From NCBI GenBank assembly GCA_900078375.1, contig FLQS01000018.1, forward strand, positions 38,431 through 62,430: DNA of 24,000 bases. Direction: 5' to 3'. Shown piece by piece: positions 8,706 to 16,342 of this stretch (within the stretch, counting starts at the first letter, position 1; each line of letters opens with the position of its first letter). The DNA is from an uncultured Mycobacterium sp. (lineage in GTDB: Bacteria > Actinomycetota > Actinomycetes > Mycobacteriales > Mycobacteriaceae). The notes beneath the pieces are model-generated. The model was not told where the DNA came from and did not search any database. It saw nothing but the letters and a program-made list of their open reading frames with translations. The position numbers were made by a program, and so were the translations under genes.

Positions 8706-11700
8706 CTAATGGGAAATGCTTGTGTCCTCGGCGGTTTCGCTATCAGTTCGCCGTGGCCGCCGGGGAACCGCGGAGGTGGCCAGCGCACCCACAGCAATCA
8801 GGGCCAGCAGTTGCACCCAGGTCGAGTGGCCGATGTAGCCGTCGACCGACCGCCACGGATACCGCGACAGCAGCGTGCCCGCCGCAATGAGCCCACAGGC
8901 GCTGGCCGCCAACGTCACCCGGTCGCGCAGCCGGGCCCGGTGGCGCAGCAGATAGCCGAGAACCATGGCGGTGCCGAACACCACCAGGCCGCCGACCCCG
9001 GCGATCAGTCCGCCGGCGGCCAGCACTCCCGCGCCGGCCAGCACGGGCAGCGCCCACGGTCGAGCAGGTTCCTGGCTGGTCCGCTGACGACGGGGCGGCA
9101 CCAGCGCCAGCAGAAGAAGGAGCGGCAGCAGCGACAGGCCCGCGGCCAGGCCGACCCGGTAACCACGGTTGGACGGGAAGCTCACCGTGACGGTGCCCTG
9201 CTCACCGGCGGGCACCACCCAGCCTTGCTGCCAGCCGTTCACGACCACTGGCGTCAGGGTGACGCCGTCGGGCATGTGGGCGACCCAGCCGGGATTGACG
9301 CTCTCGGGGACGACCAGCACCCGCGCAGTGGGTGCGTGCACGACGTTGAACTCCCTGCGGTCCGGCCCCCAGCGGGTGACGTCAGCGGGAGATGTTGGTG
9401 AGGTGGATATTTCGGCGGCCTGCGGCCCGGTCAGCTGGGCGCCGTCCACGACGAACGCGGAGCCGGGACTGATCAGCAGCTCTTGCTGGCCGGCCGGAAG
9501 GGCGATCGGCGTCGGGTCACACGCGCGAGTCGGGATCGGCTGGCCGTCCAGCAATGCCCCGACCGTGGTGGTCACCGAGGTCTGCAGGAACCGCCCCGAT
9601 ACCGCGATGATGGGCCCGTCGCCGCAGGGGATCTCGACGGTGCGTTTCCGGTTACTGGCGGCGTCGGCGGCCGCTACGGGCTTGCCGTCCGGCCCCAGAA
9701 CTGCGACCTCAGCCAGGCCGGGCGGTTTGAGCTGGTCGAAACCCAGTGCGGTGCGGTCGATTACGTCATCCCAGTTCAGCAGGCTGATCCGCACCGTATC
9801 GGTGACTCGCGGCCGCAGGGCCACCGTCTGGGGGCCCGCGTCCGGGCCGGCTGCCAGCCGGCGGGTCTGGGGGCCGTCGCCCAGGTCGATGGCCACCATC
9901 GTGGGATGGGTGGGTAGCGGCGAAGAACTCGCGGTCAGGGTCAACCCGGTGACCTCGGTCGGCTTCGGCAGTGTGACGGTCAGCGTGGGCGAACTGTGGT
10001 GCTGCACCACATTCTGCGGCGCGGTCCACGCGGTGCGCGGATCGCCGTCCGTCGCCGCGAAGGCCGATCCGTCGACGTCGATGAGGTCGGCGTCGCCGCG
10101 TGACCGGGTCGTGCCCGGCTGGGCGATCAGGTCCGCCAGGTGCGGACCCTGGCGGGCCCTGACCCACACGGTCGGACTGACCTCGATCGGCTTGGGCACC
10201 GTCAGGGTGCGGCTCAGGGTGACCGGTTCCTCGGGGGCCTGCGCCATCGATGCGGCACAGTGCACTCCGTCGGGAGAATCCGCGCAGCCCTGCCGGCCGA
10301 GTAGTTCGCCGCCCAGATCCCATGCCGCGACAGCTGATCCGCTGGGTGGTCCCGGCACGAGCATGCTGTGCCGTAGGTCGACGGGATGGGCGAAGCCGGA
10401 TGCGTCGTACTGGGTTACCGACAGATCGGTGATGCCGAACTGGACTCCTGGCGAGCCGTCGTCGGTGCCGATCGCGGTGATCCGCACCCACGGTGACTCC
10501 CCGTACGGGAGGGCCACCGCCAGCGGCTTACCCGGATCGTCGAAACGCACTGTGGTGGTGCCGTTTTGGGTCGACACCTGGATGCGACGCACCTGGGCGC
10601 CGACAGCGGTGGCACTCGGGGTGAGCGTCAGCGTCGCGTTGGTGACGGGATGGTCGAAGTCGACCTGTAGCCACTGCCCGACCGCGGCTTGTAGCGAATT
10701 GGACACCCACGCGGTAGCCGGGTCGCCGTCGATGGCGGCGGCCGGGCTGCTGGATGGGGCGACGTTGGGCAGTGCGGTGGCATCCGAGGACGAACTCGAT
10801 GCGGATAGCCGGCCTCCAGTCCAGACTCCGTGCACGAGCTTGCCGCCAGGGACCGGATAGTCGGGTATCCGGTTGAACGTGTTGCGACGGTCGCCCTCGG
10901 CCCTGGCCGACGACGAATGGTCGTCGACGCGACCGTAGTCGGTTTCCCGGTCGACCGGGGTGTCGGTCACGGTGACCAGCGGGACTCCAAGCCCGGCCCG
11001 CTGGGCGTCGGACGTCAGCACCATCGGCCCCAGCGGCGCCTGGCCGAGCAGGCGGCGCCGTTCGTCGATGCGCAGCAGCACCTCGGGTCCGCCGTCCACG
11101 CGGGCCATCCGGCTGGCGTCGGCCAGATAGGGGGCGCCCGGATTACCCTGTGTGCCAACACGATAGATCTCGACCGCGGGGTACCCGGGTCGCAGCCCGC
11201 TGTCGCTGATGAAGCCCTCGAGGGTGCCGGGCCCGACCGTTTCACCGAACTGTGCCACCTTGTGCAGGCCCGGTGAACCGTCGATGGCCCGGTGTACCAG
11301 CAGTGGGCGCGCCGATCGCGACTTGTCCGGGTCGAGGTCGTTGCGCACGACGACATAGGAGATTCCCTGGCGGGCCAGCGTGTCTGCCAGGCCCGCCGAC
11401 GGGCGGCCTGCGGCGACCAACCGCTGTACCGAGTCCAGCGCGCGGATGGTTTGTGGCGGGGTCAACGGAATGGAATCGCGTACACCCCAGGGGCTTTCAC
11501 CGAGGACCTGCAGCGGTTCGTCGTGACTGTTGCCCCAGACCTGGGTGGCGAACGGTGCGCCGGGGACCACCAGCACCCGGCCCGGCGTGGGGTTGCCGGT
11601 GTTGTGTTCGGTCAGCCAGTCCGCGGCCTGGTGCCAGTAGTCGGGGATGGCGCGAAACGCGCCGGGCGGGGTGAGCCGGCCGGTCCAGGCCATCGACGTG

Positions 11701-12959
11701 GCCACCATCAGTGCCGCGAGGACGACGATGCCGACGGCCACCCGCTTGTCGTTCTCGGGGTGGGCGAAGGCCCGGATCCACACCGGCCGTGGTGCGCTGC
11801 CGGGCAACGGAATACGACCGAGCAGGTGCGCCAACCCCAGCGCCAGCGGGATCCGGATCACCGGTTCCAGCTTGTGCACGTTGCGCAACGGTGCACCCGC
11901 CGCGTCGAGGAAGGCCTGCACCTGGTGCGCCAGGGCCGAGCCCAGTCCGCCGGAGTAGCCGACGCCCAGGAAGACTATGCCGATCAACAGCATGGCGATC
12001 AGCCGGCCCCGCGCCGGCATGGAGCGCAGCGCTAGCCCGGCCATCCCGCCGGCGGCCACCAACGTGGTGGCCAGCACCATGGCCGGCTGGGTCACCAGTT
12101 CGGCGGCCGCGGTGGCATTGGGCGCGACGTACGGCGTCCAGCTGTCGGTGCCGCGCAGCATCTCGATCAGCGACGTCCACTGGGTGGTGACTCCGGAGGA
12201 CTCGATGAAATCCAGGAACGGCGGGCTGATCCGGCCGAGCGCCAGCAGCGCGACCACCCACCACGTGACGGCGAGCGCCGAGGCCAGCGCCCACCACCCC
12301 GTGAACCGCCACCACACCCGGTTCGGCCGATGACATAGCCACCAGATGATCGCAGGCAGGCAGCCGGTGATCGTGGCCACGGCGTTGACCGCGCCCATCA
12401 ACGCGAGCGCGATACCGGCCCGCCCGGCCAACACCCGCAAGGAGCGGCCGTCACCCCCTCGCAAAGCCACTATCACCGGCAACAGCACCCACGGGGCCAG
12501 CATCATCGGCAGCGTTTCCGACGAGATCGACCCAAGAGTCGTCAGCACCCGGGGCGACAGGGCGAACGCGACGGCTCCGATGATGCGCGACGGTGTGGTT
12601 CCGATGCCCCGGCCGTCATTCAAGGCCTCGGCCACGCGCAGCAGCCCCCAGAACCCGACGGTCAGCAGCAGCGCCCACCACAGCCGCTGGGTGATCCAGC
12701 CGGGCACGCCGAGGGTGTCGCCGAGCAGGAAGAACGCCCCGTGCGGGAACAGATAGCCATAGGCCTGGTTCTGCGCCTGCCCGAACGGCAGATCGCTGTT
12801 CCACAGGTTGGCCGCGCGGGCCAGGAAGCGCAGCGGATTGGCGGTTAGGTCGAGTTTGGTGTCCGGCGAGATCAGTCCCGGCGACTGCGCGAAGCACAGC
12901 AGTAACGCGACGAGGAAAGCTCCGCCGAGCCAGCGCCGCGATAGCGGCGGGGTGGTGAT
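8706..12959 (-). CDS. aftD: Alpha-(1->3)-arabinofuranosyltransferase AftD (GT-C, DUF3367 family)
   Basis: 1333-aa track ORF plus 84 further in-frame codons (TTPPLSRRWLGGAFLVALLLCFAQSPGLISPDTKLDLTANPLRFLARAANLWNSDLPFGQAQNQAYGYLFPHGAFFLLGDTLG). These codons match the conserved AftD N-terminus. Many TM helices at both ends, and two discoidin/CBM-type DGDxxTAW motifs (AAIDGDPATAWVS, ATDGDPRTAWTA). About 1417 aa versus about 1400 aa in M. tuberculosis. The 5' end is assigned to ATC 12959 (see findings); a conservative minimum is GTG 12707. Confidence 0.85.
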   Translation of the reverse strand: MTTPPLSRRWLGGAFLVALLLCFAQSPGLISPDTKLDLTANPLRFLARAANLWNSDLPFGQAQNQAYGYLFPHGAFFLLGDTLGVPGWITQRLWWALLLTVGFWGLLRVAEALNDGRGIGTTPSRIIGAVAFALSPRVLTTLGSISSETLPMMLAPWVLLPVIVALRGGDGRSLRVLAGRAGIALALMGAVNAVATITGCLPAIIWWLCHRPNRVWWRFTGWWALASALAVTWWVVALLALGRISPPFLDFIESSGVTTQWTSLIEMLRGTDSWTPYVAPNATAAAELVTQPAMVLATTLVAAGGMAGLALRSMPARGRLIAMLLIGIVFLGVGYSGGLGSALAHQVQAFLDAAGAPLRNVHKLEPVIRIPLALGLAHLLGRIPLPGSAPRPVWIRAFAHPENDKRVAVGIVVLAALMVATSMAWTGRLTPPGAFRAIPDYWHQAADWLTEHNTGNPTPGRVLVVPGAPFATQVWGNSHDEPLQVLGESPWGVRDSIPLTPPQTIRALDSVQRLVAAGRPSAGLADTLARQGISYVVVRNDLDPDKSRSARPLLVHRAIDGSPGLHKVAQFGETVGPGTLEGFISDSGLRPGYPAVEIYRVGTQGNPGAPYLADASRMARVDGGPEVLLRIDERRRLLGQAPLGPMVLTSDAQRAGLGVPLVTVTDTPVDRETDYGRVDDHSSSARAEGDRRNTFNRIPDYPVPGGKLVHGVWTGGRLSASSSSSDATALPNVAPSSSPAAAIDGDPATAWVSNSLQAAVGQWLQVDFDHPVTNATLTLTPSATAVGAQVRRIQVSTQNGTTTVRFDDPGKPLAVALPYGESPWVRITAIGTDDGSPGVQFGITDLSVTQYDASGFAHPVDLRHSMLVPGPPSGSAVAAWDLGGELLGRQGCADSPDGVHCAASMAQAPEEPVTLSRTLTVPKPIEVSPTVWVRARQGPHLADLIAQPGTTRSRGDADLIDVDGSAFAATDGDPRTAWTAPQNVVQHHSSPTLTVTLPKPTEVTGLTLTASSSPLPTHPTMVAIDLGDGPQTRRLAAGPDAGPQTVALRPRVTDTVRISLLNWDDVIDRTALGFDQLKPPGLAEVAVLGPDGKPVAAADAASNRKRTVEIPCGDGPIIAVSGRFLQTSVTTTVGALLDGQPIPTRACDPTPIALPAGQQELLISPGSAFVVDGAQLTGPQAAEISTSPTSPADVTRWGPDRREFNVVHAPTARVLVVPESVNPGWVAHMPDGVTLTPVVVNGWQQGWVVPAGEQGTVTVSFPSNRGYRVGLAAGLSLLPLLLLLALVPPRRQRTSQEPARPWALPVLAGAGVLAAGGLIAGVGGLVVFGTAMVLGYLLRHRARLRDRVTLAASACGLIAAGTLLSRYPWRSVDGYIGHSTWVQLLALIAVGALATSAVPRRPRRTDSETAEDTSISH

Positions 12960-12970
12960 GTGCGCCTCCG
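12957..12970 (-). promoter_or_regulatory. Shine-Dalgarno GGAGG plus putative non-canonical ATC initiation codon of aftD
   Basis: The minus strand reads ACGGAGGCGCAC-ATC-ACCACCCCGCCGCTATCG: GGAGG, a 5-nt spacer, then ATC at 12959-12957, in frame with aftD. Confidence 0.45.
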
Positions 12971-13005
12971 TGACCGCAGGGGAGGCGGCGGTGAGCGTGC
13001 TCAGG

Positions 13006-13179
13006 CTAGCCGCGGTTGCCGTACTCGACGCGGTTCAGCACCGACGACGCGGGATCGCCAGGCGACAACGGCGGCTTGGTGTCCTGCTGGATCATCAACG
13101 TCACGCCGAATATCGCGGCAGCCCCGAGCAACAGACCGACCACGATGCTGGCGGCGGCAGGAACCACGAACCGGGTCAT
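13006..13179 (-). CDS. Small secreted/membrane-anchored protein (Rv0236A-like, 57 aa)
   Basis: MTRFVVPAAASIVVGLLLGAAAIFGVTLMIQQDTKPPLSPGDPASSVLNRVEYGNRG: signal/TM helix plus a short tail. ATG 13179 is preceded by GAGGAGAA. It sits immediately upstream of aftD, as Rv0236A does in M. tuberculosis. Confidence 0.7.
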   Translation of the reverse strand: MTRFVVPAAASIVVGLLLGAAAIFGVTLMIQQDTKPPLSPGDPASSVLNRVEYGNRG

Positions 13180-13221
13180 GATCGGTTCTCCTCGCAGGTG
13201 CTGGGGCGGCTGGGACACAGG

Positions 13222-13255
13222 GTGAACACCCGTTTAGTCACCGCGTGAACACCCG
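13222..13255. repeat. Perfect 11-bp direct repeat GTGAACACCCG x2 (13222-13232, 13245-13255; 23-bp period) in a divergent promoter region
   Basis: Read directly: agGGTGAACACCCGtttagtcaccgcGTGAACACCCGctgg, between the Rv0236A-like start (13179, -) and the lpqI start (13321, +). Confidence 0.5.
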
Positions 13256-13320
13256 CTGGCCAACCTAGCACGCGGCGAACCTTGGTTGGCCCCGGGCGAT
13301 GGCCATGACAGCATGTGCGG

Positions 13321-14526
13321 ATGCCTACCCGCCTGCTCTCGATTCGCGGAATCGCGGCCCTGTCGGCACTACCACTGCTTCTCGGCGGCTGCTCAGCCCC
13401 TGCCGCCAAACCTGGGGCCTCGTCGTCGTCGCCGGCCAGCACATCATCGTCGGCCAGCCCGATGGCCGGCCCCGTCCTAGCACCCGCGGCACCGGCGCCA
13501 CCCGCCTGCGGCGACGGTCCGGGGTTGCTGAGCGCGATGTCCACCCGCGACAAGCTGGCCCAAGTGCTGATGGTCGGCGTGAAGAGCAGCGCGGACGCGC
13601 GCGCCGTGGTGGACACCTATCACGTCGGCGGAATCTTCATCGGCAGCTGGACCGACCTGTCGATGCTGACCGACGGCTCGCTACCCGACATCGCCAACGC
13701 CGGGCCGCTGCCGCTGGCCGTCAGCGTCGACGAGGAGGGCGGCCGGGTGGAGCGGCTGTCCTCGCTCATCGGGACGGCTCCGTCGGCCCGCGTGCTGGCT
13801 GCGACCCAAACCCCTGACCAGGTGTATCAACTGGCGCTGGACCGGGGAAGCAAGATGCGCGGCCTGGGGATCACCATCGACTTCGCGCCCGTCGTCGATG
13901 TCACCGACGCCGCCGACGACACCGTGATCGGCGACCGGTCGTTCTCCAATGACCCGGCCGTGGTGACCGCCTACGCCGGCGCCTATGCGCGCGGCCTGCG
14001 CGACGCCGGGCTGCTGCCGGTGCTCAAGCACTTCCCTGGCCACGGCCACGGGTCGGGCGACTCGCACACCGCCGGGGCGGTCACCACACCACCACTGGCC
14101 GACCTGCAGACCAACGACCTGATCCCGTATCGCACGCTGACGACGGAAGGGCCCGTCGCCGTCATGGTCGGTCACCTCGAGGTGCCCGGGCTGACCGGGA
14201 CGATGCCGGCCAGCCTCAGCGCTGCGGCGGTGGGTCTGCTGCGCAGCGGCGGCTACGGCGGGCCGGGGTTCGACGGCCCGGTGTTCAGTGACGACCTGTC
14301 CAGCATGGCGGCCATCTCCGACCGGTATGGCGTCGCCGAGGCCGTGCTGCGCAGCCTGCAAGCCGGCATCGATGTGGCGCTGTGGGTGACCACTGACGAG
14401 GTGCCCGCGGTGCTGGACCGGCTGGAGAAGGCGGTCAACGCCGGGGAGCTGTCGCTACCCGCGGTCGAAACTTCTCTGCTGCGAATGGCGCGTCTGAAAG
14501 GGCAAAGTCCGCGCTGCGGCGGTTAG
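13321..14526 (+). CDS. lpqI: Lipoprotein LpqI, GH3 beta-N-acetylglucosaminidase (NagZ-like)
   Basis: Signal peptide with lipobox LPLLLGGC followed by an S/P-rich linker. GH3 motifs VSVDEEGGRVERL and LKHFPGHGHGSGDSH. Synteny next to aftD/Rv0236A. Start is ATG 13321 or GTG 13315. Confidence 0.85.
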   Translation: MPTRLLSIRGIAALSALPLLLGGCSAPAAKPGASSSSPASTSSSASPMAGPVLAPAAPAPPACGDGPGLLSAMSTRDKLAQVLMVGVKSSADARAVVDTYHVGGIFIGSWTDLSMLTDGSLPDIANAGPLPLAVSVDEEGGRVERLSSLIGTAPSARVLAATQTPDQVYQLALDRGSKMRGLGITIDFAPVVDVTDAADDTVIGDRSFSNDPAVVTAYAGAYARGLRDAGLLPVLKHFPGHGHGSGDSHTAGAVTTPPLADLQTNDLIPYRTLTTEGPVAVMVGHLEVPGLTGTMPASLSAAAVGLLRSGGYGGPGFDGPVFSDDLSSMAAISDRYGVAEAVLRSLQAGIDVALWVTTDEVPAVLDRLEKAVNAGELSLPAVETSLLRMARLKGQSPRCGG

Positions 14527-14578
14527 CCTGAAAGATCCTGGCCCGGCGGGCAGGGGCGAAGCAGCGAAAGGCAGTGAT

Positions 14579-15202
14579 ATGGCAGGTGGCACCAAGCGGT
14601 TGCCCCGTGCCGTGCGGGAGCAGCAGATGCTCGACGCCGCTGTGCAGATGTTCTCGGTCAACGGCTATCACGAGACCTCGATGGACGTCATCGCCGCCGA
14701 GGCGCAGATCTCCAAGCCGATGCTGTATCTCTACTACGGCTCAAAGGAAGAATTGTTCGGGGCCTGCCTGAGCCGGGAACTGAGCCGCTTCACCGAAGCG
14801 ATCCGCGAGGACATCGACCTCAAACAGAGTCCGCACGACCTGTTGCGCAGCGTCATCCTGTCGGTGCTGCGGTACATCGACGCCAACCGGGCGTCGTGGA
14901 TCGTGCTCTACACCCAGGCGACCAGCTCGCAGGCGTTCGCCCACACCGTTCGAGAGGGCCGCGAGAAGATCATCGACATGGTGGCGCGCTTGGTGGAGGC
15001 CGGCACTCGGCATCCCGAGCCCGGCACCGACTTTCACATGATGGCCGTCGCGCTGGTGGGTGCCGGCGAGGCCGTCGCGACCCGGGTCAGCGCAGGCGAT
15101 GCCGACGTCGACGAAGCCGCCGATATGTTGATCAACCTGTTCTGGCGCGGCCTCAAGGGCGCTCCCGCCGAGAAGGACACGACGTCGGTCACGACGAGCT
15201 AG
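14579..15202 (+). CDS. TetR-family transcriptional regulator (Rv0238-like)
   Basis: N-terminal HTH QQMLDAAVQMFSVNGYHETSMDVIAAEAQISKPMLYLYYGSKEELF. ATG 14579 is preceded by GAAAGG. Its position after lpqI matches M. tuberculosis. Confidence 0.85.
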   Translation: MAGGTKRLPRAVREQQMLDAAVQMFSVNGYHETSMDVIAAEAQISKPMLYLYYGSKEELFGACLSRELSRFTEAIREDIDLKQSPHDLLRSVILSVLRYIDANRASWIVLYTQATSSQAFAHTVREGREKIIDMVARLVEAGTRHPEPGTDFHMMAVALVGAGEAVATRVSAGDADVDEAADMLINLFWRGLKGAPAEKDTTSVTTS

Positions 15203-15656
15203 CCGACGTTGCGCTTTCCGTCACCGTCTCGCGCACGACGCGGATCAACGCGGGCAATCCGACCAGCAGGGCCGCAGACTCGGCGTCGCTGAGTCCGGCG
15301 GCCCAGTGGCGGAACTGCTCTCCGTAATTGGCGGCGATCCGGACGTGGAGCGCCCGCCCCTCGCTGGTGAGCCGCAACCTTTTGGTGCGCCGGCTGGCCG
15401 GGTCGCGTTCGCGGTCGACGAGCCCCAATCGCTCGAGGTCGGCGATCATCCGGCTGACCGTGCTCTTCTCCAGCCTCAACCGGTCGGCCAGCTCGCGCTG
15501 CGAGAGCGGGACGTCGGTGTCGAGCTCATGAACGGCGAAGGCCTGCGACATCGAGATGGGGAACCCTGGAATCTCCTGGTCGGGCCGGATCACGCCGGCC
15601 ACCCGGACCAGATCCATGAACAGGACATGGAGTTGATCGGCGTCGCCGCGGTCCAT
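15189..15656 (-). CDS. MarR-family transcriptional regulator
   Basis: Winged-helix segment LSQRELADRLRLEKSTVSRMIADLERLGLVDRERDPASRRTKRLRLTSEG. ATG 15656 is preceded by GGGAGGA. The 3' end overlaps the TetR gene by 14 nt. Confidence 0.85.
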   Translation of the reverse strand: MDRGDADQLHVLFMDLVRVAGVIRPDQEIPGFPISMSQAFAVHELDTDVPLSQRELADRLRLEKSTVSRMIADLERLGLVDRERDPASRRTKRLRLTSEGRALHVRIAANYGEQFRHWAAGLSDAESAALLVGLPALIRVVRETVTESATSASSS

Positions 15657-15676
15657 GGGCAGAGTCCTCCCGTTCG

Positions 15677-15697
15677 ACAGTTGTGCAGAGCAACTAT
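15677..15697. promoter_or_regulatory. Candidate MarR operator box 1 (ACAGTTG-N7-CAACTAT dyad)
   Basis: AGTTG (15679-15683) and CAACT (15691-15695) form a perfect inverted repeat, extendable to 7 bp with one mismatch. It overlaps a minus-strand -10-like TATAGT (complement of 15694-15699) upstream of the MarR gene. Confidence 0.5.
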
Positions 15698-15715
15698 AGA
15701 GGGGTAGCGTCTCTC

Positions 15716-15738
15716 AATAGTTGCTTGGCACAACTATT
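15716..15738. promoter_or_regulatory. Candidate MarR operator box 2 (AATAGTTG-N7-CAACTATT dyad)
   Basis: Perfect 8-bp arms (15716-15723 / 15731-15738) with the same half-site as box 1. Centres are 40 bp apart. The box ends directly at the AGGAGGG RBS of the methyltransferase gene. Confidence 0.55.
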
Positions 15739-15748
15739 AGGAGGGTCG

Positions 15749-16339
15749 ATGCGAGTCCACCACCACGGAAACTGCCCGGGTGTCTTCTCCGGCCGGGGCA
15801 GCCGCATCTACGACAGAGTGGCCCGCACGCTGTTGCGTGGCCTGTATTCGCGGATCGCCGACGATCTCGTCGATGTCCTGCCTGATGGTGCGGAGATTCT
15901 GGATGTGGGCACCGGCCCGGGAGTTCTGGTCTCCGAACTGGCCCGGCGGAGGCCCGATCTACACCTCGTCGGGGTGGATCTGTCGGCGGACATGGTCAAC
16001 GCGGCCCAATGCAATCTGAGTGAGTTCGGCGATCGGGCGTACGCGAAGCAGGGTGATGTCACCGATTTGCCGTTCGCCGCCGACACGTTCGACCTCGTCG
16101 TCACATCGTTCAGCTCGCACCATTGGGACGACCCCGCAGCGGCGGTTCCGGAACTGGCAAGGGTGCTGCGGCCCGGCGGGCGGCTGTATATCTACGACTT
16201 CGGCTTCGCGCCGTTCGGCGTCATCACCGAAACCGCGCGCAGCCGAGGGCTTTTCGAGACGCATCCGGTTCGGACCACGAGGATCCGCACCGGCCTGCTG
16301 TTCCCGCGGCGGTGTGTGCGCCAGGTGTTGACGGCCTGA
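15749..16339 (+). CDS. Class I SAM-dependent methyltransferase
   Basis: Motif I ILDVGTGPGVL, post-I VGVDLS, then GDVTDLPFAADTFDLVV and LRPGGRLYIYDF. ATG 15749 is preceded by AGGAGGG; the track extension to 15683 is rejected. Confidence 0.85.
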   Translation: MRVHHHGNCPGVFSGRGSRIYDRVARTLLRGLYSRIADDLVDVLPDGAEILDVGTGPGVLVSELARRRPDLHLVGVDLSADMVNAAQCNLSEFGDRAYAKQGDVTDLPFAADTFDLVVTSFSSHHWDDPAAAVPELARVLRPGGRLYIYDFGFAPFGVITETARSRGLFETHPVRTTRIRTGLLFPRRCVRQVLTA

Positions 16340-16342
16340 TCT

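Noticed and set aside
8696-8797. N-terminal extension of the php ORF (track start 8797)
   Set aside because: The extension (MLWVRWPPPRFPGG...) overlaps the aftD 3' end and is not protein-like. ATG 8695 gives MAAPDLTTPSQVETV... and a length close to the 326-aa M. tuberculosis Php as recalled.
9169-10860. 563-aa plus-strand ORF (and other long ORFs at 9483-9917, 9766-10491, 11292-12035, 11497-12342)
   Set aside because: All lie inside aftD, in antisense or alternative frames. They are S/T/P/R/G-rich and low-complexity, whereas the aftD frame carries the conserved TM and DGDxxTAW motifs.
14536-14556. 11-bp palindrome GCCCGGCGGGC after lpqI, considered as a terminator or TetR operator
   Set aside because: As an RNA hairpin the loop would be 1 nt, which is sterically implausible. 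It is a GC-only palindrome expected by chance at this base composition, with no U-tract.
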